This document shows, in pieces, positions 47,479-54,770 of a DNA stretch of 60,938 nt. Every line of letters starts with the position of its first letter. The stretch's first letter is position 1. The position numbers were made by a program, and so were the translations under genes. Source of the DNA: Armatimonadia bacterium (lineage in GTDB: Bacteria; Armatimonadota; Zipacnadia; Zipacnadales; UBA11051); NCBI GenBank assembly GCA_039683575.1, contig JBDKRC010000234.1:1-60938 (forward strand), given 5' to 3'. The notes beneath the pieces were generated by a model that was not told the DNA's origin, did no database searches, and worked only from the letters and a program-made list of their open reading frames with translations.

Positions 47479-50091
47479 CTACTTCACCACCACATTAACC
47501 AGCTTCCCGGGCACCGCTATCACCTTCACCACCTGCTTGCCTTCCAGATGCCTTACCACGTTCGGAAGCTTCAGCGCTTCTTCCTGAATCTGCGCCATGT
47601 CCGTCCCCGCCGGCACTTCCAGCTTGTCGCGCACCTTGCTGTTGACCTGCACGACGATGGTGAGCTTGTCCTCAGCGCTGGCGATCTCCAAGTCGGCCTG
47701 TGGCCACGGCTGGCGATACAGGAACCCGCTCTTACCCATGCCTTCCCACATCTCATCGGCGATATGGGGAGCGATGGGCGAGATGACCTGCACGAGGTAC
47801 TCCAGTGCCTCATCCAGCGCTGCCGACCGCTTGCCGGGCTCCAGTGCATTCGAGACCTCATACATGGCGTTGACCCACTCCATCAGCGCGGCCACGCCGG
47901 TGTTGAAGCGGAAGTTCTCGAGGTCCTCGCCGATCTTGATGATCGCGCGATGGGTCTTGCGCCGCAGTTCCAGTTCTTTGCCCTCCGCCTCCCCTACCTT
48001 CGCCTGCCACGCCTCGGTACTGAAACCCTCGGCATGCTGGCCCACCAGCCGCCACACACGCCCCAGGAACCGCACGCAGCCACGGATGCCCTCATCACTC
48101 CACTGCACGGTGTCCTCAAAGGGCACTACGAACATCTCGTAGACCCGCAGCGCGTCCGCCCCATACTGCTCCGCCGCCTCATCGGGCGTGACGGTGTTCC
48201 CGTAGCTTTTGCTCATCTTCACCCAGCGCCAGATCCACTGCTCCTCGGGAACCGTCTCGCGTTCCTCCGGCCGCAGCACCTTCCAGTCTTCGATGGGCGC
48301 CTCGTCATCCTCGCCGCCAGCCTCATCCGCCGTAACCTCCCGCCCCGGCGTGTACGCCAGCATCATCCCCTGGTTGCGGAGTTGCTTGAAGGGCTCGCTG
48401 AAGCCCAGCAGCCCCGCGTCATACAGCGCCTTTGTCCAGAAACGCGCATATAGCAGGTGCATGACCGCATGCTCGGCCCCGCCCACGTACATGTCCACGG
48501 GCAGCCAGTAATCCACAGCTTCCCGCGAGAAGGCCTCGTTCTCGTTGTGCGGGTCGGCAAACCGCAGGAAGTACCACGACGAGCAGGCGAATCCGCCCAT
48601 CGTGTCTGTCTCCCGCCGCGCCGGGCCGCCGCAAGTCGGACAGGTGGTATCCACGAACTCCGGGATGGTCGCCAGCGGCGACTCTCCGGTGCCCGACGGC
48701 TGGTAGTTCTCAACCTCAGGCAGCTGAACCGGAAGCTGGTCCTCCGGCACCGGCACTTCGCCACACTTGGCGCAGTGGATGATCGGAATCGGCGCGCCCC
48801 AATACCGCTGGCGGGAAATCAGCCAGTCACGCAGCTTGTAGTTGACGACGCCCTTACCAATCCCCCGCTCCTCAATCCAGTTGATGACCTTAGCCACAAT
48901 TCGCTCGTCGTCGGGGTCGCCCACGAATGGCCCGACCACCGCCACGCCCTGGTGGATGGTCGCGGCCGGCATCTCGTCGCCGGAAAGCGCGTTGTCAGGG
49001 TCCTGGAAGACCGGGACGATGGGCAGCCCGAACTTGCGGGCAAACTCAAAGTCGCGCTGGTCATGCGCCGGAACCGCCATGATCGCGCCGGTGCCATAGC
49101 CCATGACCACATAGTCGGCCACCCAGATGGGGATGAGCTCATCGTTGACGGGATTCTTCGCATAGCCGCCAGTCCAGACGCCCGTCTTCTCCTTGCCCTC
49201 GGCCAGACGGTCGATCTCGCTCTGGCGCTGGGCCCGGCTGACGTAGGCCTCAACCTCCGACCGCTGCTCGTCCGTGGTAATCTGCGCCACCACCGGATGC
49301 TCCGGCGCCACCACCATGAAGGTCGCGCCCCACAGCGTATCCGGCCGCGTCGTGAAGACCCGCAGCGGCTTCTCAGCGCCCTCTACCGCAAAATCAACCT
49401 CCGCACCCTCGCTGCGCCCGATCCAGTTGCGCTGCATGGCCTTGATGCCGTCAGGCCATGCCATGCCCTCCAGATCATCAATCAGCCGCTGCGCATACGC
49501 CGTGATCTTGAAGAACCACTGCGGCATCTGGCGCTTCTCTACCATACTGTCGCAGCGCCAGCACCGCCCGCCGACCACTTCTTCGTTCGCCAGCACGGTA
49601 TTGTCCACCGGGCACCAGTTCACCGGCGCGGTGGCGCGATAGGCCAGCCCCATCTCGTACAGCTTCAGGAAGATCCACTGCGTCCAGCGGTAGTACCCCG
49701 GATCGCTGGAGTTGATCTCCCGGTCCCAGTCGTATGAGAGCCCAATCAGGTCCAACTGCCGCCGGTAGTTGGCGGCGTACTCAGGAACCATCTCGCGCGG
49801 GTTGCGCTGCCGCTTCAGGGCTTCATTCTCGGCGGGCTGCCCGAAGGCGTCCCAGCCCATCGGGTGGAGCACATTGTAGCCCCGCATGGACTTGTAGCGC
49901 AGAAACGCATCATTGGGGGCATAATTCTTGAAATGCCCGACCGACAGCCCCGCCCCGCTGGGATAGGGGAAGAACTCCAGCCCATAGAACTTGGGCCGGG
50001 TGGGGTCGGTGTCCGCACGGAACAGCTTCGCCTCCCGCCAGCGCTCCTGCCACTTGCGCTCGATCTCGGTGAAGCTGTAGTAGTCGTTCAT
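47479..50091 (-). CDS. leuS: Leucine--tRNA ligase
   Basis: FPYPSG.GLSVGH, GWDAFG.PAEN, TTRPDT, GTGAIMAVPAHDQRD, ISRQRYWG, KMSKS. Confidence 0.98.
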   Translation of the reverse strand: MNDYYSFTEIERKWQERWREAKLFRADTDPTRPKFYGLEFFPYPSGAGLSVGHFKNYAPNDAFLRYKSMRGYNVLHPMGWDAFGQPAENEALKRQRNPREMVPEYAANYRRQLDLIGLSYDWDREINSSDPGYYRWTQWIFLKLYEMGLAYRATAPVNWCPVDNTVLANEEVVGGRCWRCDSMVEKRQMPQWFFKITAYAQRLIDDLEGMAWPDGIKAMQRNWIGRSEGAEVDFAVEGAEKPLRVFTTRPDTLWGATFMVVAPEHPVVAQITTDEQRSEVEAYVSRAQRQSEIDRLAEGKEKTGVWTGGYAKNPVNDELIPIWVADYVVMGYGTGAIMAVPAHDQRDFEFARKFGLPIVPVFQDPDNALSGDEMPAATIHQGVAVVGPFVGDPDDERIVAKVINWIEERGIGKGVVNYKLRDWLISRQRYWGAPIPIIHCAKCGEVPVPEDQLPVQLPEVENYQPSGTGESPLATIPEFVDTTCPTCGGPARRETDTMGGFACSSWYFLRFADPHNENEAFSREAVDYWLPVDMYVGGAEHAVMHLLYARFWTKALYDAGLLGFSEPFKQLRNQGMMLAYTPGREVTADEAGGEDDEAPIEDWKVLRPEERETVPEEQWIWRWVKMSKSYGNTVTPDEAAEQYGADALRVYEMFVVPFEDTVQWSDEGIRGCVRFLGRVWRLVGQHAEGFSTEAWQAKVGEAEGKELELRRKTHRAIIKIGEDLENFRFNTGVAALMEWVNAMYEVSNALEPGKRSAALDEALEYLVQVISPIAPHIADEMWEGMGKSGFLYRQPWPQADLEIASAEDKLTIVVQVNSKVRDKLEVPAGTDMAQIQEEALKLPNVVRHLEGKQVVKVIAVPGKLVNVVVK

Positions 50092-50209
50092 TGCCACAGT
50101 AGTCGCGCCTTTCGGGTACAAACGTCAAAAGGGCCGCCGATGGCGGCCTGGAAGCACTGTTGATATTACATCCTATCGCGTGAGCCTGCAAGCTCGCAAG
50201 GCTATGCGG

Positions 50210-50257
50210 TTGACACTCCCGCCTTGCTGTAACACAATGTATTACAATGTAACACAG
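50210..50257 (+). promoter_or_regulatory. TA promoter with three tandem 10-bp operator repeats
   Basis: TTGACA at 50210; TGTAACACAA-TGTATTACAA-TGTAACACAG at 50228-50257. Confidence 0.65.
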
Positions 50258-50274
50258 AAGGAGCGTGTGCAATC

Positions 50275-50571
50275 ATGGGGATGCTGAATGTACGACTGGA
50301 CGAAGACCTTGAGAAGCGGCTGGCCTGGGAGGTGAAGCGTCGCGGCCTGCGGCGCAGTGACATCGTACGTCAGATACTGGATGGCGCCCTGCCCACCGAG
50401 GAAGAACTGCAGGCCGCTCATGACCGGTTAGAACGCATCAGGCCGTTCCTTGGCTCCATTGACTCGGGTATACCGGATCTGGGGACAAACCACTCTAGGT
50501 ACCTGAAGGAGATTATGGATGCCAAGCGTGCGGACACTATGGGACACAGGTCCTCTGATCAGTCTGATTGA
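50275..50571 (+). CDS. CopG/ribbon-helix-helix antitoxin (VapB-like)
   Basis: LNVRLD..L..L......RSDIVR; GSIDSG.PDL...H..YL. Confidence 0.8.
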   Translation: MGMLNVRLDEDLEKRLAWEVKRRGLRRSDIVRQILDGALPTEEELQAAHDRLERIRPFLGSIDSGIPDLGTNHSRYLKEIMDAKRADTMGHRSSDQSD

Positions 50572-50938
50572 CTCCAGTGAAGCGCACCATGAAGAGTGCA
50601 TGGCAGCCGCTCTGGAAGCGTCTGTCAATCCAGTGACTACGGAGGCTGTCATTACAGAGGCCTCCCACCTGCTTGGCAGGACTACCGGGGGAGCCGTCCG
50701 GCTGCAGAGCATGCTGATAGCCTTTCGGGACCTGGAGGTAATCGAGATCACACCGCGTTTGCGTAAGCGCGTGCTGAACTTGATGGTGCAGTACGCTGAT
50801 GCACCAATGGATTACGCTGATGCCACTTTGGTCGCTATTGCCGAGGATTTCGGTATCGCCCGCATCTTCACGCTGGATCGACGCGACTTCCTCATGTACC
50901 GGCTCTACGGCCGTGAAAGCTTCAGAATAATCCCCTAG
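50519..50938 (+). CDS. vapC: PIN-domain toxin (VapC family)
   Basis: DTGPL, V.TE, DYADATLVA.AE, FTLD.RDF..YR. Confidence 0.88.
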   Translation: MPSVRTLWDTGPLISLIDSSEAHHEECMAAALEASVNPVTTEAVITEASHLLGRTTGGAVRLQSMLIAFRDLEVIEITPRLRKRVLNLMVQYADAPMDYADATLVAIAEDFGIARIFTLDRRDFLMYRLYGRESFRIIP

Positions 50939-51121
50939 CTCTGTCTCCCCCGGTCAACTGCCGCGATACTAAAGCCCTCAGGCTAAGCTGCCGAATTCCC
51001 GGGTGAAAAACTAAGCAGGTGCCTGCGGCACAACGTGGAAGTAGCTGGCAAGCTATGTTTCCGGTCAAACGTGCCGAATCCGTAGCTCAATGCTTTGATC
51101 AGACTGAGGAGGCAATCGACC

Positions 51122-51802
51122 GTGCGCAGAGGATTTACACTTATCGAGCTGTTGGTCGTCATCGCCATCATTGCCATTCTGGCGGCCATCTTGTTCCCGG
51201 TATTCGCCAAGGCCCGCGAGAAGGCCCGTCAGTCGAGTTGTCTGAGCAATGTGAAGCAGTTGGCGATAGCTTTCCTGCAGTACGCGCAGGACTATGACGA
51301 AATGACGCCGATGAACACCTACGGCACCGTTCAAAGCCGTTGGCACTACACCATGCAGCCATATCTGAAGAATACCCAGGTAATGATCTGTCCGAGTTCC
51401 AATACCGAGTTCGGGTATGCCCAGGGCTACTACTGGGGCTACTTCCACCTGTTCACCCGCGGTGTGACAAACCTCTATGGCGGCAGTGTGCCGCTGGGGG
51501 CGATTCCCTACCCGGCGGAGACGCACTGCTTCATTGAATCACATGGGCTCGGCAGTGACGCCACGGGCCAGTCCCTGCTTATGTCGCTCAACGCTTTTGG
51601 AAGTTGCTCGCGGCTATCAGCCAACATGTGGAACTATGCCGTCTGGGCTCCTGACCGGCACAACGACGGCATGAACATCGCCCTGTGTGACGGTCATGCC
51701 AAGTGGTACAGCAAGAGCTATTGCGAGGCGGAGTGGGCGAAGACCACGACCGGAGCACCGGCCGGTACCGCCTCCGGCGGTCGCCTCTTCGGCGGCTGGT
51801 AG
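51122..51802 (+). CDS. Prepilin-type N-methylation / DUF1559 / H-X9-DG protein
   Basis: GTG start after [22 protein letters not shown]...; [16 protein letters not shown]. Confidence 0.92.
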   Translation: MRRGFTLIELLVVIAIIAILAAILFPVFAKAREKARQSSCLSNVKQLAIAFLQYAQDYDEMTPMNTYGTVQSRWHYTMQPYLKNTQVMICPSSNTEFGYAQGYYWGYFHLFTRGVTNLYGGSVPLGAIPYPAETHCFIESHGLGSDATGQSLLMSLNAFGSCSRLSANMWNYAVWAPDRHNDGMNIALCDGHAKWYSKSYCEAEWAKTTTGAPAGTASGGRLFGGW

Positions 51803-51825
51803 CCGTCCTCCAGGTCAGCGCACTC

Positions 51826-51860
51826 GGCGCCCGCCCCTCCTCAGAGGCGGGCGCCTTTCT
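51826..51860 (+). terminator. Terminator-like hairpin between convergent genes
   Basis: GGCGCCCGCC ... GGCGGGCGCC followed by TTTCT. Confidence 0.65.
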
Positions 51861-53013
51861 ATTTCTCCTCCTCCGCCACCTCAACCAGCGCCAGAATATT
51901 CTCCGCCGGCACGTGCGGCGCCACCGAGCACGCGCTGCTGAGGATATACCCGCCGCCCGCGCTGGCTGCTGCAATCCGCTCCCGCGCCGACTGCCGGCAT
52001 TGCTCCGCCGTCCCCTTCAGCAGCACATTGACCGAATCGATGTTCCCCTTGAGGAAGATCCGCCCGCCCACTCGCTGCTTGGCATCGGCCAGTTCCGTAT
52101 CCCCCAGCGGCGGCGGGTCCATCGTGTCGATGCCGTCAATCCCCGTCGCCTCCATGAGTTCCAGCCGGTCCCCAATGGCCCCGCAGGTATGCGTATAGGC
52201 CTTGCAGCCCGCCCCATGGATCGCCGCCACCACCAGCTTCTCATACGGCAACACGAACTGCTCGTACATCTTCTTCGAGATGAAGCCCCCGCCCGCAAAG
52301 GCACTCGAAATCAGCACCGCATCCACCCCGCACGCGCCCTGCCGCTTCGCCAGCGCCCCTGCGCCCGCGGCGAACCGCTCCAGGATCGCGTGACACTTGT
52401 CCGCATCCGTCAAGAGCGCCATCAGGCCGTTCTCATAGCCCAGCCGTTCCATAAGCTGCGTAAAGGGCGAGAACACCTCGCCATGCACGCTCAGCCTGTC
52501 TCCCACCCGCGCCATGACGCCTTCGATGATTGCCGTATGGTACGCGGGAAACAGCCCCTCCTCCGACCACTCATACGGCTCCAGATCATAGTAGAATGGG
52601 TATTTGAGCCCGCCCAGCGTATGCGGATCATCATAGAACAGCTTCTCCGGCTCCAGCTCCTCCAGCGACACCCGCTGCTGCTTCAGTTCATGCGGCAGGT
52701 CATCCGCCGGGCACAGGCACCGGCCCCCGCGCTTCCAGCGGATCAGCTGCCCCTCCCGCGTCTCTTCGATGCTCTCCACCTGCTCATCCACCGCCGGCGT
52801 CCGCCCCGGCAGGTTGATCAGGATGCCATCAAAACGGTACCGCTCCGCGAGCTTCACAAAGCAGTCCACGATCACATCATTATGCAGCCAGTAATCCGCC
52901 GCCGACACCCCGCAGTTCACCAGGTAGTGCCCGATGCTGAGTTGGCACATCACTGGCACCCGGTCCGGCTGCTGCAGGTTCATGGCGGCGTTGATTCGTT
53001 CTTTGCCTGTCAT
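51859..53013 (-). CDS. Uroporphyrinogen decarboxylase / MtaA-CmuA family protein
   Basis: MTGKER..PDRVPV, HTCG, D..DPPP.GD, GGYILSSACS; perfect extended -10 TGCTATAAT at 53039-53031. Confidence 0.88.
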   Translation of the reverse strand: MTGKERINAAMNLQQPDRVPVMCQLSIGHYLVNCGVSAADYWLHNDVIVDCFVKLAERYRFDGILINLPGRTPAVDEQVESIEETREGQLIRWKRGGRCLCPADDLPHELKQQRVSLEELEPEKLFYDDPHTLGGLKYPFYYDLEPYEWSEEGLFPAYHTAIIEGVMARVGDRLSVHGEVFSPFTQLMERLGYENGLMALLTDADKCHAILERFAAGAGALAKRQGACGVDAVLISSAFAGGGFISKKMYEQFVLPYEKLVVAAIHGAGCKAYTHTCGAIGDRLELMEATGIDGIDTMDPPPLGDTELADAKQRVGGRIFLKGNIDSVNVLLKGTAEQCRQSARERIAAASAGGGYILSSACSVAPHVPAENILALVEVAEEEK

Positions 53014-53081
53014 TCAGATCACCCACGCCGATTATAGCATACAGCACGACGGCCCGGACAAGCCGGGCCGTCGATTACCGC

Positions 53082-53182
53082 GTAGGTGGGTTCGTCTCGA
53101 ACCCACATCATTGCCAACCGTTGTCGGTTCGGGACGAACCGACCTACGCGTGGGGGCAACATGGGACAAACCGACCCACGCG
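53082..53182. repeat. REP family A inverted doublet plus a degenerate third copy
   Basis: GTAGGTGGGTTCGTCTCGAACCCAC ... GTCGGTTCGGGACGAACCGACCTAC ... GGGACAAACCGACCCAC. Confidence 0.85.
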
Positions 53183-53192
53183 CTCAGAAAGC

Positions 53193-53957
53193 CTACTGCA
53201 CCAACCCCAGCCCCCGCAGATGCTCCGCGCACGCTCGCACGTTCTCCTCCATCTTGTCCGCACTATCCGCCGAGCCCGCAATACCCTCCAGCTCCATCGT
53301 CCACGGCCCGTCAAAGCCCACCTCCGCCAGCGCCTTACCCACGCCCGCGAAATCCACTATGCCCTCACCCAGATTCGGGAAATTCGGGTCCTTGAAGCCA
53401 CCCGGCGTGTCCTTGGCATGCACCGCCCGCACATACTTCGCCGCGAGACGCGCTTGCTCGACCGCATCGATATTCTCATTGTAATAGTACAGATTGGCGC
53501 AATCCATGTTCCACCCAACCGCCGGGTGGTTCACCTGCGACAGCGTCTCCGCGGCCTTCGTCCCATTCTCACACAGGTCCGGATGGGTCTCCATGGCAAG
53601 AAACAGCCCATCAGACGCCACGATGTCGCCCGCCTCGTGCAGCTTCCTATAGGCTTCCTCAAGCGGCACGTCGCCCGCCTTGACGCTCACGAAGATCCCC
53701 CGCGCCCCCAGTGCTTTGGCCAGCGCGCTGTTCTTCCTGACGCTATCGAGGAACGTCTCTTCCACCAGAGGCGTCAAACGACCACTGAGGGTCGAAACCA
53801 GCAGCCCATGCGGTGCCAGCGCGGCCTTCACGTCGTCGGCGGTCTGGCCATCAGGCACGCTGACCTCAAGGTACTTGATTCCCAGCCTGGCGATCCGGTC
53901 CAGCGGCAACTGCGGCTGGTTTACGTAGCCCATCCGGTAAGACAGAATGTTCGCCAT
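53193..53957 (-). CDS. Sugar phosphate isomerase/epimerase (xylose isomerase-like TIM barrel)
   Basis: METH, D.AN, HAKD, LGEG.VDF, GF.GP..ME.E. Confidence 0.88.
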   Translation of the reverse strand: MANILSYRMGYVNQPQLPLDRIARLGIKYLEVSVPDGQTADDVKAALAPHGLLVSTLSGRLTPLVEETFLDSVRKNSALAKALGARGIFVSVKAGDVPLEEAYRKLHEAGDIVASDGLFLAMETHPDLCENGTKAAETLSQVNHPAVGWNMDCANLYYYNENIDAVEQARLAAKYVRAVHAKDTPGGFKDPNFPNLGEGIVDFAGVGKALAEVGFDGPWTMELEGIAGSADSADKMEENVRACAEHLRGLGLVQ

Positions 53958-54066
53958 TGGTAGTCTCCCTTTTCGTACAATCACCGCATAATGCGGGGTG
54001 TCCTGGTTCCCGCGTGGGGCCGACACTCCGTGGCAGCCAGAGCCACCACGCAGAGCCTCTATCTTC

Positions 54067-54089
54067 GTGGGACGGGCGTCTGGCCCGTC
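54067..54089 (+). repeat. REP family F-like single copy
   Basis: GTGGGACGGGCGTCTGGCCCGTC, similar to the intragenic copy at 58579. Confidence 0.55.
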
Positions 54090-54138
54090 CGGCGTCACCT
54101 TCCGCCTCAGGCAGGAATCACCTCCCCGGGTACACAAC

Positions 54139-54705
54139 ATGACCAACATGGACAACGACTGCGCTCTTAGAGAAACCACAATCGAAACCAAACAGATCTT
54201 TAGTGGCAGAATACTAACCTTGACCGTAGACACGGTCCGCCTCCCAGACGGCCGCACCGCCACCCGCGAAATCATCCACCACAATGGCGCTGTGGGCATG
54301 GTAGCACTGACCGACGACGGCAACATCCTCCTCGTCCGGCAGTGGCGTCACGCCCCCGGCCTGGCCCTCCTGGAGATCCCCGCCGGAGCCATCAGCCGTG
54401 GCGAGGACCCCTGCGACTGCGCCTGTCGCGAGCTGGCTGAGGAGATTGGCTTCGTGCCGCGTCGTCTAGATAAGCTCACCACCATGTACAGCGCCCCCGG
54501 CTACGTCGGTGAGGCCATTCACCTGTACGTGGCGCGGGACCTGGAGCCAGAACTGGCCGACGGTGACGATGACGAGAACCTGCAGGTCGTGGCAATGCCC
54601 TTTGAGGACGCGCTGCAGGCCTGCCGCGACGGCAGCATCTGCGACGGCAAAACCATCGCCGCGCTAATGCTGGCCCGCGACTTTCTCGCCTCTGAATCCG
54701 CGTAG
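54139..54705 (+). CDS. NUDIX hydrolase (ADP-ribose pyrophosphatase-like)
   Basis: LVRQWR, LEIPAG...GE...A.REL.EEIG Nudix box, DGKT. Confidence 0.92.
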   Translation: MTNMDNDCALRETTIETKQIFSGRILTLTVDTVRLPDGRTATREIIHHNGAVGMVALTDDGNILLVRQWRHAPGLALLEIPAGAISRGEDPCDCACRELAEEIGFVPRRLDKLTTMYSAPGYVGEAIHLYVARDLEPELADGDDDENLQVVAMPFEDALQACRDGSICDGKTIAALMLARDFLASESA

Positions 54706-54726
54706 GCCGGTTCGTCTCGAACCGAC
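54702..54726 (+). repeat. REP family A copy
   Basis: GTAGGCCGGTTCGTCTCGAACCGAC. Confidence 0.8.
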
Positions 54727-54770
54727 ATCGCTATGGGATGCTTTTGCTCGAGAACTGGAGGACGCCCCTG

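Larger units (their letters stand above)
46085..47502 (-). mobile_element. Two-gene cassette bounded by direct repeats of the leuS 3' end
   Basis: CCTACTTCACCACCACATT is exact at 46085-46103 and 47478-47496 (23/25 when extended); the interior looks less GC-rich than its flanks. Confidence 0.7.

Noticed and set aside
46085-47502. Prophage or IS element
   Set aside because: No integrase, transposase, terminal inverted repeats or phage genes; kept only as a repeat-bounded cassette.
50092-50200. T-box leader for leuS
   Set aside because: The leader is too short and has no T-box GGTGGNACC motif or terminator.
50940-51120. Cobalamin or c-di-AMP riboswitch upstream of the third DUF1559 gene
   Set aside because: Only fragments (AGGTGC, GCCGAATCC) match, with no B12 box or ydaO core; the AGG...GAA part is better explained as a promoter.
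53958-54326. N-terminal extensions of the isomerase and NUDIX ORFs
   Set aside because: The two extensions overlap each other and a REP; internal starts (53957, 54139) fit normal family lengths.
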